Positions 21,278 through 31,466 of a stretch of 64,000 nucleotides of DNA are shown here, one piece after another. The notes beneath the pieces were generated by a model. The model saw nothing but the letters and a program-made list of their open reading frames with translations, was not told the DNA's origin and ran no database searches. The position numbers and the translations under genes are program-made. How positions within the stretch are numbered: position 1 is the first letter of the stretch; each line of letters starts with the position of its first letter. This DNA comes from Escherichia phage 132: sequence record MZ417521. One strand, written 5' to 3'.

Positions 21278-21466
21278 TTAATAATCTAGTGGTAAGAGAG
21301 TACGATATATTTCAAACTTCGGACCTTTTTCATAGGCATCAAATGTTTCTGTGAATTTATTATAAGCATATGCATCTACAAATTCGAGAATGACTTGTGA
21401 TACAGAAGTAGAAACATCTCCACCTTCTTTTTGAGCAATGACAATTGTTTCTAAGTAAGCTTTCAT
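21278..21466 (-). CDS. Hypothetical small protein between gene 30 and alt
   Basis: 62-aa ORF, start overlaps the gene 30 stop. Confidence 0.55.
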   Translation of the reverse strand: MKAYLETIVIAQKEGGDVSTSVSQVILEFVDAYAYNKFTETFDAYEKGPKFEIYRTLLPLDY

Positions 21467-22926
21467 AGACCAGTTACCTCATGAAAATCACCAAATACAT
21501 CCTCGAATGTATTAGCTTTAGTTTTATCTTCACGTAAACGAATCGCAATCGGAAGAAATAATTTAACGTAATCAGTGCGGCCATCAGATTTTAACCAACC
21601 GTTGCATTCGCACTCTAGAATTTTTCCAATATAATAATTTTGGTTTTCCATAATGCGAGTACGGTCAAGTTCATGCGATTTTACACCGGCTTTATCTTTT
21701 AAGCCTGAACCAGCATTTACTTTAATTTTTCCACACTCTGACTCAAGAATAAATCCACCTGCTTTAGTAGGGTCTTTACGGTGAGGATAAATTCCTACAA
21801 TTTTTAAATCAACATCAATTACTTCTTTAAATTTATAGAGATTTTTTGAACGAGCATTTTCCCATAATCCATCGATATTTTTGAGAATAATACCTTCAAG
21901 ACCTTGGTCAATATACTTTTTATAAATTACCTTAGCTTCATCTAGGTTATTTACTACCTGGTTTTCAATTAAAATTACTTTATCATATCCCGATGTCATT
22001 TGTTCTAGTTTAGAAAAACGTACATCATATTTTAAACGAAACGCTGGAAGACCGTATATTTCTACCAACGGGACATAATCCCAGACCTGAAACTTCATAC
22101 ATTGAGCTTCTTTTTCAGAAATGGTTCCTTTTAAGGATTTATTGGCGATTCCATTAGAAGTAGTACGAGATTCCGCTACTTCGGCGAATTCTTTGGCTTT
22201 ACTAATTTCAGGATAAGCATCAAAAAGAAAATCTAGGCCTTCTGGTTCCTTTTTAACTTGCTCATGGTATACCAATTCGCCATCAATTAACACACCTTCT
22301 GGATGAATCTGGCGGGCTTCAGCAGTCATTTTGATTAACTCTTCCTTAAGAAGATCTAATCCTAGATATTCATTACCAGCTCGTGATAAAAGACGAACAT
22401 CATCTAATTCATCGCCTCGGACTTCAGCAAAACACCGAGCTCCATCTGCTTTTAACTGCGCAAAGGCTGGAAACTTGATATTCTTATTAATGCCTTTTTC
22501 ATCATAAGAACTTGCAAGCATTTGAGGTTGTTCAGGAATTAAACCTGGCCAAACTTTATTTGCAATAGATACTGAAGCACCGCATTCAAGGTCTCGCATC
22601 ATAACTCGACGCAAAACTTCAACATCATCCTTTTTACCATCAGTGATATATCCAGTTAATTCCTCAATTGCAGCATTTCCAGTCAATTTCCGAGTAGCTA
22701 ACGTGAATTCAATGAAGTCAAGCATATCGGTAATAGTCAGCATTCCAAAACTCTGGGTAGCAATACCCGGTTTAGGCCATTTCTTGATATAATACTGTAA
22801 CCCACGAGAATAAGTCAGACGATATACTCGTTTAAGCAATTCATTATCTTTATTCTTTTCAAGAATTGCTTGCTTCTGCTTAGTTGAACCAATAGATGCT
22901 ATTTCGTTCAGAATTTTAAGAATCAT
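21463..22926 (-). CDS. 30: ATP-dependent DNA ligase gp30
   Basis: 487 aa, same as T4 DNA ligase; MILKILNEIASIGSTKQKQAILEKNKDNELLKRVY. Confidence 0.96.
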   Translation of the reverse strand: MILKILNEIASIGSTKQKQAILEKNKDNELLKRVYRLTYSRGLQYYIKKWPKPGIATQSFGMLTITDMLDFIEFTLATRKLTGNAAIEELTGYITDGKKDDVEVLRRVMMRDLECGASVSIANKVWPGLIPEQPQMLASSYDEKGINKNIKFPAFAQLKADGARCFAEVRGDELDDVRLLSRAGNEYLGLDLLKEELIKMTAEARQIHPEGVLIDGELVYHEQVKKEPEGLDFLFDAYPEISKAKEFAEVAESRTTSNGIANKSLKGTISEKEAQCMKFQVWDYVPLVEIYGLPAFRLKYDVRFSKLEQMTSGYDKVILIENQVVNNLDEAKVIYKKYIDQGLEGIILKNIDGLWENARSKNLYKFKEVIDVDLKIVGIYPHRKDPTKAGGFILESECGKIKVNAGSGLKDKAGVKSHELDRTRIMENQNYYIGKILECECNGWLKSDGRTDYVKLFLPIAIRLREDKTKANTFEDVFGDFHEVTGL

Positions 22927-23192
22927 TGTTCATCCTTTAGAGTTTGGTTTACAGCTCTATTATAAATCAATTCATCATTAAGCTCAGTCAAAGACCTGTG
23001 GTACGTGGTTCTAACTTTATTTCCTTGCATCCAGTGCTTGACGTAAATGAAACCTTGCTCTACACATTTTTTAAAAATTCGTTCGTCTTTTTGAGCTCGG
23101 AATTCTGGATTGCATCTAAAAAATTGATTTACGTGACCGTAATCACGTGTAGTATTACCTTCATTTTCATAAATAGTGTGAACAACAAACAT
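22923..23192 (-). CDS. Hypothetical protein at the T4 30.1 position
   Basis: 89-aa ORF in the 30.x cluster. Confidence 0.65.
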   Translation of the reverse strand: MFVVHTIYENEGNTTRDYGHVNQFFRCNPEFRAQKDERIFKKCVEQGFIYVKHWMQGNKVRTTYHRSLTELNDELIYNRAVNQTLKDEQ

Positions 23193-24055
23193 TAGAATGC
23201 TCCTTGGAAAATATTATCACCACTAGTAAATCTATTAAAATATCCTGCATCACCAGGCTTAGTATAACTCCACGTATGGAATGGATTCATATGATACGGG
23301 TGTGTATAATATGGATTATATGGATGTGTATAATATGGATTATACGGATTAAATCCAGGAGTTCTCCAGGTAGTGTTCCAACGAAAAGAATCGTTTTTAA
23401 CCATCTTCTCAATTACATCTTTTATAGCTTTTTCACTATCAAAACTTTCTTTATTTTCCTTCGGTGAAAAAAGCTTATTTTCTACATCATTCCATGTATA
23501 AACTCGCTGCGCAGTTTTTGGAATATTGTCACGCTCTCCTCGAGCCATCCAATAAACAGGAACATTTAATATTTCACTCGCATGATCGCAGTGGTGGGCG
23601 AGATCGTCAATATAACAAATTACATTATATTTCTCTTTTGCCTTTTTGAATAACTCTTCTTTTGAAGAATCATGACCACACATCATTACTTCTGAGAAGG
23701 CACCAGGAAAAAGAGCATTCAAATTAAATTGACGATTCAGCAGAGCGTCAATAGAATCACCCAATGCTGTAACAGCTACAAAATTATAATCTTCTTTTAG
23801 TTTGTTAATTACGCACAGGGCATCTTTATATGGAGACAGGTAACGAATAAAATCTGATCGATTGTATTTTTCAATTAGCTTGACACCAAGTTCTTCATCA
23901 CAATTAAAGAGTTTACCCGGAGAAATAAATTTCTCATCTTGGATCATTTTTAAAATATGTTCTAACGGAAGATTATATTTCTGAGCAAAATAAGGAAGAC
24001 CTGATTGCCAGCTTAAACATACTCCATCAATATCAGTTAAAATAGTAGGCTTCAT
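23192..24055 (-). CDS. HAD-like phosphatase / nucleotidase-like protein with Tyr/Pro-rich C-terminal tail, at the T4 30.2 position
   Basis: 287 aa; N-terminal LTDIDGV (HAD motif I-like) and YIDDLAHH; C-terminal NPYNPYYTHPY repeats. Confidence 0.7.
   Translation of the reverse strand: MKPTILTDIDGVCLSWQSGLPYFAQKYNLPLEHILKMIQDEKFISPGKLFNCDEELGVKLIEKYNRSDFIRYLSPYKDALCVINKLKEDYNFVAVTALGDSIDALLNRQFNLNALFPGAFSEVMMCGHDSSKEELFKKAKEKYNVICYIDDLAHHCDHASEILNVPVYWMARGERDNIPKTAQRVYTWNDVENKLFSPKENKESFDSEKAIKDVIEKMVKNDSFRWNTTWRTPGFNPYNPYYTHPYNPYYTHPYHMNPFHTWSYTKPGDAGYFNRFTSGDNIFQGAF
23301..23348 (-). repeat. 24-bp tandem direct repeat (x2) encoding NPYYTHPY in the 30.2-like tail
   Basis: tgtgtataatatggattata occurs twice with 24-nt period. 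Confidence 0.7.
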
Positions 24056-24516
24056 AGAGAGTCTCTTAATAGGTTTAACACATCAATAAATTCAGCTTCG
24101 GTTAGTATTGTATCATCTTTTGTTAGACCACTAGCCATGCTGTGCTTCAAAACTTTTCCTTTCGAGGCTTGTAATGCATCGCGAAAGCCCCTGTTTTGGA
24201 ACGCTGCTTCAAAATATGCATTTGTGTATAATTCTTTCCACGCTGGAGAGTATCTTGAAAACGGAACTCCAAGCCAGAAGAGGGTCCCACGGTCCTGAGC
24301 TCTAGCATAAGACCTTCCAGCTTGTTGGGCGGCAAGCCCGGATAACCCAAATATACGACGTTGCTGTTCAATATTTTTCACCTTACACCCTTGGAGGAAT
24401 CCTTCGAGACCTCCAAATTGGATACCATCCATAACAAAAGGCCATTGGGCGAAATTACTTAATGCGCATGATGGCCATCTAAAATTGCTTCTAATCTCTA
24501 ACTCAGACATTTTCAA
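24052..24516 (-). CDS. NADAR-domain (YbiA-like) protein, at the T4 30.3 position
   Basis: 154 aa; ALSNFAQWPFVMDGIQFGGLEGFLQGCK resembles the YbiA/NADAR signature SNFA.WP..VDG...E..FQ..K. Confidence 0.7.
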   Translation of the reverse strand: MKMSELEIRSNFRWPSCALSNFAQWPFVMDGIQFGGLEGFLQGCKVKNIEQQRRIFGLSGLAAQQAGRSYARAQDRGTLFWLGVPFSRYSPAWKELYTNAYFEAAFQNRGFRDALQASKGKVLKHSMASGLTKDDTILTEAEFIDVLNLLRDSL

Positions 24517-24709
24517 TACTTATAATTTCAACATCAGCCCAATGACCATAGCAAGGAAGACGAAATTCAACTGGCCAGTTAGGGTCCTTTTCTAATATAA
24601 TAGACTTAACTTGTGGTTCTTCGTGTTCATCAGTATATGGATTTTTATCTGTTACTTTATATGTGACCTTAATGTACTGAATTCCAAAAATCTTATTAAT
24701 TATATTCAT
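24503..24709 (-). CDS. Hypothetical protein, 30.x cluster
   Basis: 68-aa ORF. Confidence 0.55.
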   Translation of the reverse strand: MNIINKIFGIQYIKVTYKVTDKNPYTDEHEEPQVKSIILEKDPNWPVEFRLPCYGHWADVEIISIENV

Positions 24710-24903
24710 ACTAATTCCTTTAATCCGTAGATAGGAGATAATTCATCACCCATACGAAGGTCTTCATTTCCATCTACCCAGGAAACAATATAAGCCTCTT
24801 TTATTTGAATACCACTCCATTTAAATGGAGGTAGAACCTTAGAAATTAATCCAGGTATACCAACTCCCTTTAATTCAACAGTTTGACCTAAAAAGAATTT
24901 CAT
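24706..24903 (-). CDS. Hypothetical protein, 30.x cluster
   Basis: 65-aa ORF. Confidence 0.55.
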   Translation of the reverse strand: MKFFLGQTVELKGVGIPGLISKVLPPFKWSGIQIKEAYIVSWVDGNEDLRMGDELSPIYGLKELV

Positions 24904-25190
24904 TAAAACCTCATCTGAAAACCGTGCGATTTAACATTACCGCCATTAATATCAGAACTATTAATTTCACGTGCAATTGAGGGATCAATGTCAATTTCGC
25001 GATTGAGTTTAGTGATAGCTAAAGTATCGCGCCCATTTACAGTACGGAACTCTAAAGGGCAGACTACATTAACGTAGTTTTTAATCGATTCACTGGTAGG
25101 TTGCAAATGTGCAGGAAGGTCTTTAGGCGCCTTTGAGAAAACTACTTCGCAGAAGTTTTTACGGGTATCAAAATAAGTAGTCATAAACAT
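24903..25190 (-). CDS. Hypothetical protein, 30.x cluster
   Basis: 95-aa ORF. Confidence 0.6.
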   Translation of the reverse strand: MFMTTYFDTRKNFCEVVFSKAPKDLPAHLQPTSESIKNYVNVVCPLEFRTVNGRDTLAITKLNREIDIDPSIAREINSSDINGGNVKSHGFQMRF

Positions 25191-25206
25191 AACATTTCCT
25201 CAGTAA

Positions 25207-25220
25207 GGGGCCAAAGCCCC
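25207..25220 (-). terminator. Hairpin GGGGC-CAAA-GCCCC
   Basis: GC stem followed by T-run on the minus strand. Confidence 0.5.
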
Positions 25221-25229
25221 TCATTTATT

Positions 25230-25607
25230 TTAAATATCAAATTCGTTAAGAACTACATCAAAGATTGCTTCAAGATGCTCAGGTTTAGCTCTGTTACTCA
25301 GAATATGACGAATCCAAGTTTTAACCAAAAGCTTGCGATTAACGCCATTCCAGCAAGGATGAGTCCCTAAATCGCGTTCACGGAAATCATCATCCAGAGC
25401 GATTTTAAAGTTGGAACCTTCCATCGTGATTGAAACCGTGATACCGTTTTCAAATCGCATATAAACGTAATTAGGAGTCATATACTGCTCAATTTCGCAT
25501 ACTGATCCATTTTGATGTTTCCAAAGGCAAATAGTATCAATAGAACCTGCAATACCATTAGAAACATATTTACGTTCAAAGTTGATGTAGTTCATTTTAT
25601 TCTCCAA
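25230..25607 (-). CDS. Hypothetical protein, 30.x cluster
   Basis: 125-aa ORF with upstream early promoter. Confidence 0.65.
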   Translation of the reverse strand: MENKMNYINFERKYVSNGIAGSIDTICLWKHQNGSVCEIEQYMTPNYVYMRFENGITVSITMEGSNFKIALDDDFRERDLGTHPCWNGVNRKLLVKTWIRHILSNRAKPEHLEAIFDVVLNEFDI

Positions 25608-25629
25608 GATGTTTAATTGCGGTACAGGT

Positions 25630-25662
25630 ATATAATATCATATCCTGTACCAAAGTAAACAA
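25630..25662 (-). promoter_or_regulatory. T4-type early promoter
   Basis: Minus strand GTTTAC, 17-nt spacer, TATTAT. Confidence 0.55.
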
Positions 25663-25995
25663 TTATTTTACTACTTTCCAATGCTGCATGTCAAGTTTAC
25701 CAACTTTTTTCATCTTCTCAATTAAGCGTTCGGCACGTTGGCGAGCTGTAACATAATACCATTCACCTAATTCATTTTGTTCAATTTTTCCAACGATTAC
25801 TGTATTCAATTCATAAATCCAACCAGTAAAGAAATTATGAACTTGAATTGTAAAGGTGAAATCTGTTCCCATACCTTCTGTTGTTTCTACTTCAATAATA
25901 TCACCTTCAACTGCCATTAAGAACCACATAGTTTCATCATATTTACCATTGAAGCATTTAGTTTTAACTGCAGCGTTCAGATTAATCGTTTTCAT
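25663..25995 (-). CDS. Hypothetical protein, 30.x cluster
   Basis: 110-aa ORF. Confidence 0.65.
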   Translation of the reverse strand: MKTINLNAAVKTKCFNGKYDETMWFLMAVEGDIIEVETTEGMGTDFTFTIQVHNFFTGWIYELNTVIVGKIEQNELGEWYYVTARQRAERLIEKMKKVGKLDMQHWKVVK

Positions 25996-26004
25996 TTTAT
26001 TCTC

Positions 26005-26042
26005 CTTTGTTTGTGTAAGATAATACTATCACAAAGGAACCA
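26005..26042 (-). promoter_or_regulatory. T4-type early promoter
   Basis: Minus strand GTTTAC then a TA-rich -10. Confidence 0.5.
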
Positions 26043-26082
26043 TACTGTAAACAACTTTATGCAATCTTTGGAAAATAAAAAA

Positions 26083-26100
26083 GGACTCCCGAAGGAGTCC
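26083..26100 (-). terminator. Hairpin GGACTCC-CGAA-GGAGTCC with T-run
   Basis: 7-bp stem flanked by aaaataaaaaa on the plus strand. Confidence 0.6.
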
Positions 26101-26105
26101 TCAAC

Positions 26106-26282
26106 TTATGCTTTCTGCTTACCAAAACGAGAAGCATCATCTCGAAGAACCGCACGTGCTCGGCGCATGATCTTCTCAACAGTTTGATTGATACGAGAGT
26201 TCGACCCACGCTTGTAGCCAGCGCGTTTAGAATCACCAACTTTCTTTTCAACTGCTTTCTTTGCTTTAGCTTGTTTTGCCAT
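26106..26282 (-). CDS. Small highly basic protein (Lys/Arg-rich), possible nucleic-acid or ribosome binding
   Basis: 58 aa from internal ATG (MAKQAKAKKAVEKKVGDSKRAGYKRG...); track ORF extends to 26324. Confidence 0.55.
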   Translation of the reverse strand: MAKQAKAKKAVEKKVGDSKRAGYKRGSNSRINQTVEKIMRRARAVLRDDASRFGKQKA

Positions 26283-26526
26283 TATAAATTCTCTTTTAAA
26301 TGAAAATGCAGGACTTATTGGCATTGCCTGCGCAAGCCCTCAAGGGGAACATAGGTTTTTGGATATTTAACGACCAGGATAACCATAAACCCGTCATCAT
26401 TCACATTCAAGAGGTACACCGTAAAACTGCCGGGGTCTTAAAACTATAATGATTCGCAAATCATTAATCAGACAGTTCGACGGCTCCTCGATTTAGCTCA
26501 CACTAAGGCAGTGAATCTCCAATAAA

Positions 26527-26775
26527 TTACTTCAATGTTACCACAAAGTGACGAACTGCTTTTCGCGCAGCAGAAGCCAAAGGCTTAGCATATTTAAGTT
26601 CATCTTTTTCCTGAAGCTCAGCAGCTAATGCAGTTTGAGCAGGATTCAGATGTTTGAAATAACGCAGGATTTCAAGAGCTTCGGCTTCAACATCAATAGA
26701 TGCGCCATAGTTTTCGTGACCATTATTCCATGCGTTTCGTTGCAGTTCAAGAGCGTGTTGTAATTGTTTAATCAT
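26527..26775 (-). CDS. rIII: rIII lysis-inhibition accessory protein
   Basis: 82 aa, same as T4 rIII. Confidence 0.9.
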   Translation of the reverse strand: MIKQLQHALELQRNAWNNGHENYGASIDVEAEALEILRYFKHLNPAQTALAAELQEKDELKYAKPLASAARKAVRHFVVTLK

Positions 26776-26914
26776 TTAAAAATTCTCGTTAGAGATTAAA
26801 ACTCGGTAGTCACGTTCTTCTGAATTTCATCTTCTTTCGACAGATCTCTCAGTTGTAGACTACCACATAGAATTGTTCGGTTAACTTATTATTCCGACAC
26901 CCAATTCATATTAT

Positions 26915-26922
26915 TATTTATA
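26915..26922 (-). promoter_or_regulatory. Late promoter TATAAATA (minus strand) in the rIII upstream region
   Basis: Complement of plus-strand tatttata. Confidence 0.45.
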
Positions 26923-27258
26923 TCACTTATAAAGACACGGAATAGCTTTATAGTGACAAGTAACGAATTTTTGTTTAATTTCTTTTGGCTGCTTAAGACC
27001 CAGAGCTACAAAAGGATGCGGAACATTTCGAATTTGACCAACTGGAAGAGAAGTCAAATCACCAACTTCGCAGAAACCTTCAGGAACATCAGGACCGACA
27101 GAGTGAACTACACACAGTTCAGGAACTTCACCTTGAACACGTTTACCGATAATAAGTCCTGATTCTGTAACTTCTTCATCACCGGCTTGTGCAGGTTCAG
27201 AAACTAAAATAACATATTCACCGACAGCACGAATTGGTAGCTGTTGTACTTCAGACAT
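26923..27258 (-). CDS. 31: Co-chaperonin gp31 (GroES-like)
   Basis: 111 aa, same as T4 gp31. Confidence 0.93.
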
Positions 27259-27314
27259 CGTTTTTCCTTTTTGTTAACAGATGAATTAATAATAACAAAT
27301 AATTCTTAAAGCAT

Positions 27315-27622
27315 TTATTTACCAATAAATTGGAGCAAATGCTCAACTTTCATACCATTAACGGAAATCAATTTGTCAATAGAAAAACCTCGCCATGCAC
27401 CAAGTTCAACATCAAATACTGGAATCATATCAGTAGATTCTTTCCGAGTAGATTCAGTCAATTTACCAGTTTGCATGGTTGGCATAAAGTCAGCATCGCG
27501 AGTACCTTTCATAACACGAATAGTACCATCAGACTTTTCAAAAACTACGTTTGAAACACCATGGACAATTTAGTTTTCAAAATTTCACGAATTGCTACTT
27601 TTTGTTCAGTCGTCAGTTTCAT
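27315..27622 (-). pseudogene. Gene 31.1-like ORF split by an apparent -1 frameshift
   Basis: 25-aa N-terminal piece (27545..27622, MKLTTEQKVAIREILKTKLSMVFQT) and 65-aa body (27315..27512) whose frame is open upstream to 27569; the pieces overlap. Confidence 0.45.
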
Positions 27623-27859
27623 TTATTTACCTATTACAGTTTTAATATGAGTTGTTCCACGTTCTTTAAGAGTGGAAAGTAATTTTTGGCATTTTTCTAA
27701 ATCAGATTTCCAACTATGTGGTCTATCAATACAAACCCAGTTTGACTTATAATACTGCTTCCATTTAGAGAAAAAATACTTCTTATACTCTACAGCAAAT
27801 GAAATGTTCTCGTTGGAATAAGAACTAATTGCTGTGAGCTGTACCAAACGAAATTTCAT
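27623..27859 (-). CDS. Hypothetical protein at the T4 31.2 position
   Basis: 78-aa ORF. Confidence 0.65.
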   Translation of the reverse strand: MKFRLVQLTAISSYSNENISFAVEYKKYFFSKWKQYYKSNWVCIDRPHSWKSDLEKCQKLLSTLKERGTTHIKTVIGK

Positions 27860-28440
27860 TATTCACCACAGAATTCGTTGATATTTTCCCAGTTTAACTT
27901 ATTTAAGTTTTTCTTAGGAACATTAAACACTTCAATACCTGCATTTCGCAGAATATCATCCCAGCCAGGTTTATTTTTATCGTATGTTTCACAATAAACC
28001 AGCTTTTTAATTCCAGATTGAGCTATTGCTTTTGCACAATCTGGGCAAGGAGAAAGTGTTACATACATAGTAGCACCTTCAATTGAAGAACCGTTTCGTG
28101 CAGCAAACAAAATCGCATTTAGTTCAGCATGAATTTCATTTTTAGACGACCATTCAGAGTGCGCGCTACGATGTTCTTTCGCCAATACAAAACGATCAGT
28201 TGAACCAAACGATACACATTCAGGCTTATGACCTTGAATGATAGTATGTTTAGGCTTATTCAGCAACCAACCTTGCTCAGCAGCATAATCACAGCAATTC
28301 ACACCACCTGCAGGCGAACCATTATATCCAGTAGAAATAATACGTCCATTCTTTTCAATTACTGCTCCTACCTTCCAGGAGCAACATTTTGATTCTTGTG
28401 ATACTAAATATGCAATTTGAAGTACTGTACTCGCTTTCAT
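27859..28440 (-). CDS. cd: dCMP deaminase
   Basis: 193 aa; zinc-binding HAELNAI and PCPDCAKAI motifs. Confidence 0.95.
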   Translation of the reverse strand: MKASTVLQIAYLVSQESKCCSWKVGAVIEKNGRIISTGYNGSPAGGVNCCDYAAEQGWLLNKPKHTIIQGHKPECVSFGSTDRFVLAKEHRSAHSEWSSKNEIHAELNAILFAARNGSSIEGATMYVTLSPCPDCAKAIAQSGIKKLVYCETYDKNKPGWDDILRNAGIEVFNVPKKNLNKLNWENINEFCGE

Positions 28441-28775
28441 TTCATAATCACCAGATAAGCAGATTTAGCAGTTTCAACACGATAAATTTCGTGACGAAGT
28501 TTAGTTATACTTTTAATAACAGAACTAATTATATTCTGCCCATCTTTAAAGCGGTTTTTCTTATCAATAAAAATTGCGCCAACCATCTTTTTGTGAAGCT
28601 CAACCGGATACTTCGTCACAATAATAGCATCATACACAGAAGGATGAATACTATTCACCAGAGTATCATTCATTAAAGTTATTCTAATGAACTTTGCTGT
28701 TTCAGAGTCAAGCGCTCTATGATCGCCAGTATCATTTTCAAGACAATTATCAATTATATCAGTTAAATTCATCAT
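28437..28775 (-). CDS. Hypothetical protein, cd.x cluster
   Basis: 112-aa ORF. Confidence 0.65.
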   Translation of the reverse strand: MMNLTDIIDNCLENDTGDHRALDSETAKFIRITLMNDTLVNSIHPSVYDAIIVTKYPVELHKKMVGAIFIDKKNRFKDGQNIISSVIKSITKLRHEIYRVETAKSAYLVIMK

Positions 28776-29008
28776 AGTACGCCATACACCCTTTGTGCTT
28801 CAACTAATCCATCAAAATCCAATTTGAGATGTGTTATTTGGTCACCATCACCTGGATTCACAATTACTAATACCGAACGAGGAGTTTCGGTAATAACACG
28901 AACCGACGTTTCAGGAAATCGTTCAGAAACCTTATTTACCAATTCTTGAGCAAATAGTTTAACTTTTTCTTGGAATTCTTTAACAGTAATTGGTTTTTCG
29001 CTTAGCAT
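28772..29008 (-). CDS. Hypothetical protein, cd.x cluster
   Basis: 78-aa ORF. Confidence 0.65.
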   Translation of the reverse strand: MLSEKPITVKEFQEKVKLFAQELVNKVSERFPETSVRVITETPRSVLVIVNPGDGDQITHLKLDFDGLVEAQRVYGVL

Positions 29009-29529
29009 GTTGATCCTAGCTCCTTACTTTCAACATTTTTAACTAATTTGACAGAAACTAATTCAGCATCTTGGGTAATCATTACCGGACCTTCTTCATG
29101 CTCTTCAAGATATTCTAGAGCTTTCTTTTTAGCTTCTTCCTTCGTATCAGTTTGAGCATAGATATAGAACATACAACCAGTAATACCTACTACTTTCCAC
29201 TTAATTTCTTTATCAGTTTTAATTTCAAATTTACTTACAGAATCATCTTTTTGAACTTCTTCGAAAAAAGAATATTCTAACATATAAGCAATTGAAAATA
29301 ACGGGCTAACTTTATAGGATTCACCCATTACATCAACAGCTTTATACCAACAATCATCAATTTCACGTTTAATGCTAATAACATTTTTCGCAGGATCTAT
29401 TTTTACTTTAAATGAATTTTCCCCAATAAACTGGGCAATTCGTTTATTAGCCCCGCAAGTTTCATTAAAAATATCTTTATACCCAGTTTTAAAGCGATAA
29501 ACCTTATCTTCTTCAAACCATTCGCTCAT
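29002..29529 (-). CDS. Hypothetical protein, cd.x cluster
   Basis: 175-aa ORF with upstream early promoter. Confidence 0.65.
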   Translation of the reverse strand: MSEWFEEDKVYRFKTGYKDIFNETCGANKRIAQFIGENSFKVKIDPAKNVISIKREIDDCWYKAVDVMGESYKVSPLFSIAYMLEYSFFEEVQKDDSVSKFEIKTDKEIKWKVVGITGCMFYIYAQTDTKEEAKKKALEYLEEHEEGPVMITQDAELVSVKLVKNVESKELGSTC

Positions 29530-29554
29530 TTCAATTTCCTCGTTTGTTTTGGTA

Positions 29555-29592
29555 GAGCTATAATATCACAACTCTACCGTAAAGTAAACTTT
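29555..29592 (-). promoter_or_regulatory. T4-type early promoter
   Basis: Minus strand GTTTAC then TATTAT-like -10. Confidence 0.5.
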
Positions 29593-29866
29593 AAATTGCT
29601 TTGAATTCTGATGTCTGTGATTCAAAGCGAATATCGCCTTTGATGACTAGCTCAGCATCAAGACCGAATACGACAATGATATGCGCGGAACCTGGATACA
29701 ACGTGATGGCAACAGAATCCACCTGGTCTGGAAGCAAAGTGTTCAATACATGAGTCACTTGAGCATGGATTCGAAGCTCAGCTGCGTTATCAAGTTTTTC
29801 AAACATATTATTAGCGATAATTTGGCTAAACACTACTTCTACGATTTTAGAGTAAGTCGGAAACAT
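29591..29866 (-). CDS. Hypothetical protein, cd.x cluster
   Basis: 91-aa ORF. Confidence 0.65.
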   Translation of the reverse strand: MFPTYSKIVEVVFSQIIANNMFEKLDNAAELRIHAQVTHVLNTLLPDQVDSVAITLYPGSAHIIVVFGLDAELVIKGDIRFESQTSEFKAI

Positions 29867-29868
29867 AT

Positions 29869-30069
29869 TTACCTCACATAATTTTCTTCAAGCCAATCAA
29901 TAACATCCAAAGCGTTATCAAAAGTTGCGCCATCTACTTTGTCTTCTGTTTCATAATCAAGAACATCTAAGCCTACTCTTCCGTCAACAATAGGCCATAG
30001 ACAAAATAGATATTTCTTTTCTTTTTCAATTTTATCACAAAGACGATAAATCTTTTCTAGATTATTCAT
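29869..30069 (-). CDS. Hypothetical protein, cd.x cluster
   Basis: 66-aa ORF. Confidence 0.6.
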   Translation of the reverse strand: MNNLEKIYRLCDKIEKEKKYLFCLWPIVDGRVGLDVLDYETEDKVDGATFDNALDVIDWLEENYVR

Positions 30070-30258
30070 AAGTTTTCCACGGTAAAGGCAGTTTAGTTTT
30101 CTTTACTGTTAGTTCAACATCAGGATTCTTTTCTCTTAATTTAAGACATTCCTCCCAAGCCCTAATTTCACTAGCGAATATGCAAAATTGCCCATTACTA
30201 GTACCAACTAAACCGCTATTTACAATAACAATAGCCCAAGTTTCATGATGCCAAGCCA

Positions 30259-30259
<1 letters not shown>
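30062..30259 (-). CDS. Hypothetical protein upstream of pseT
   Basis: 65-aa ORF. Confidence 0.55.

Positions 30260-31462
<1,203 letters not shown>

Positions 31463-31466
<4 letters not shown>

Noticed and set aside
27545-27569. Programmed -1 ribosomal frameshift as the explanation for the split gene 31.1
   Set aside because: No X-XXY-YYZ slippery heptamer or obvious downstream stimulatory structure in the overlap; a simple indel or sequencing error is more parsimonious.
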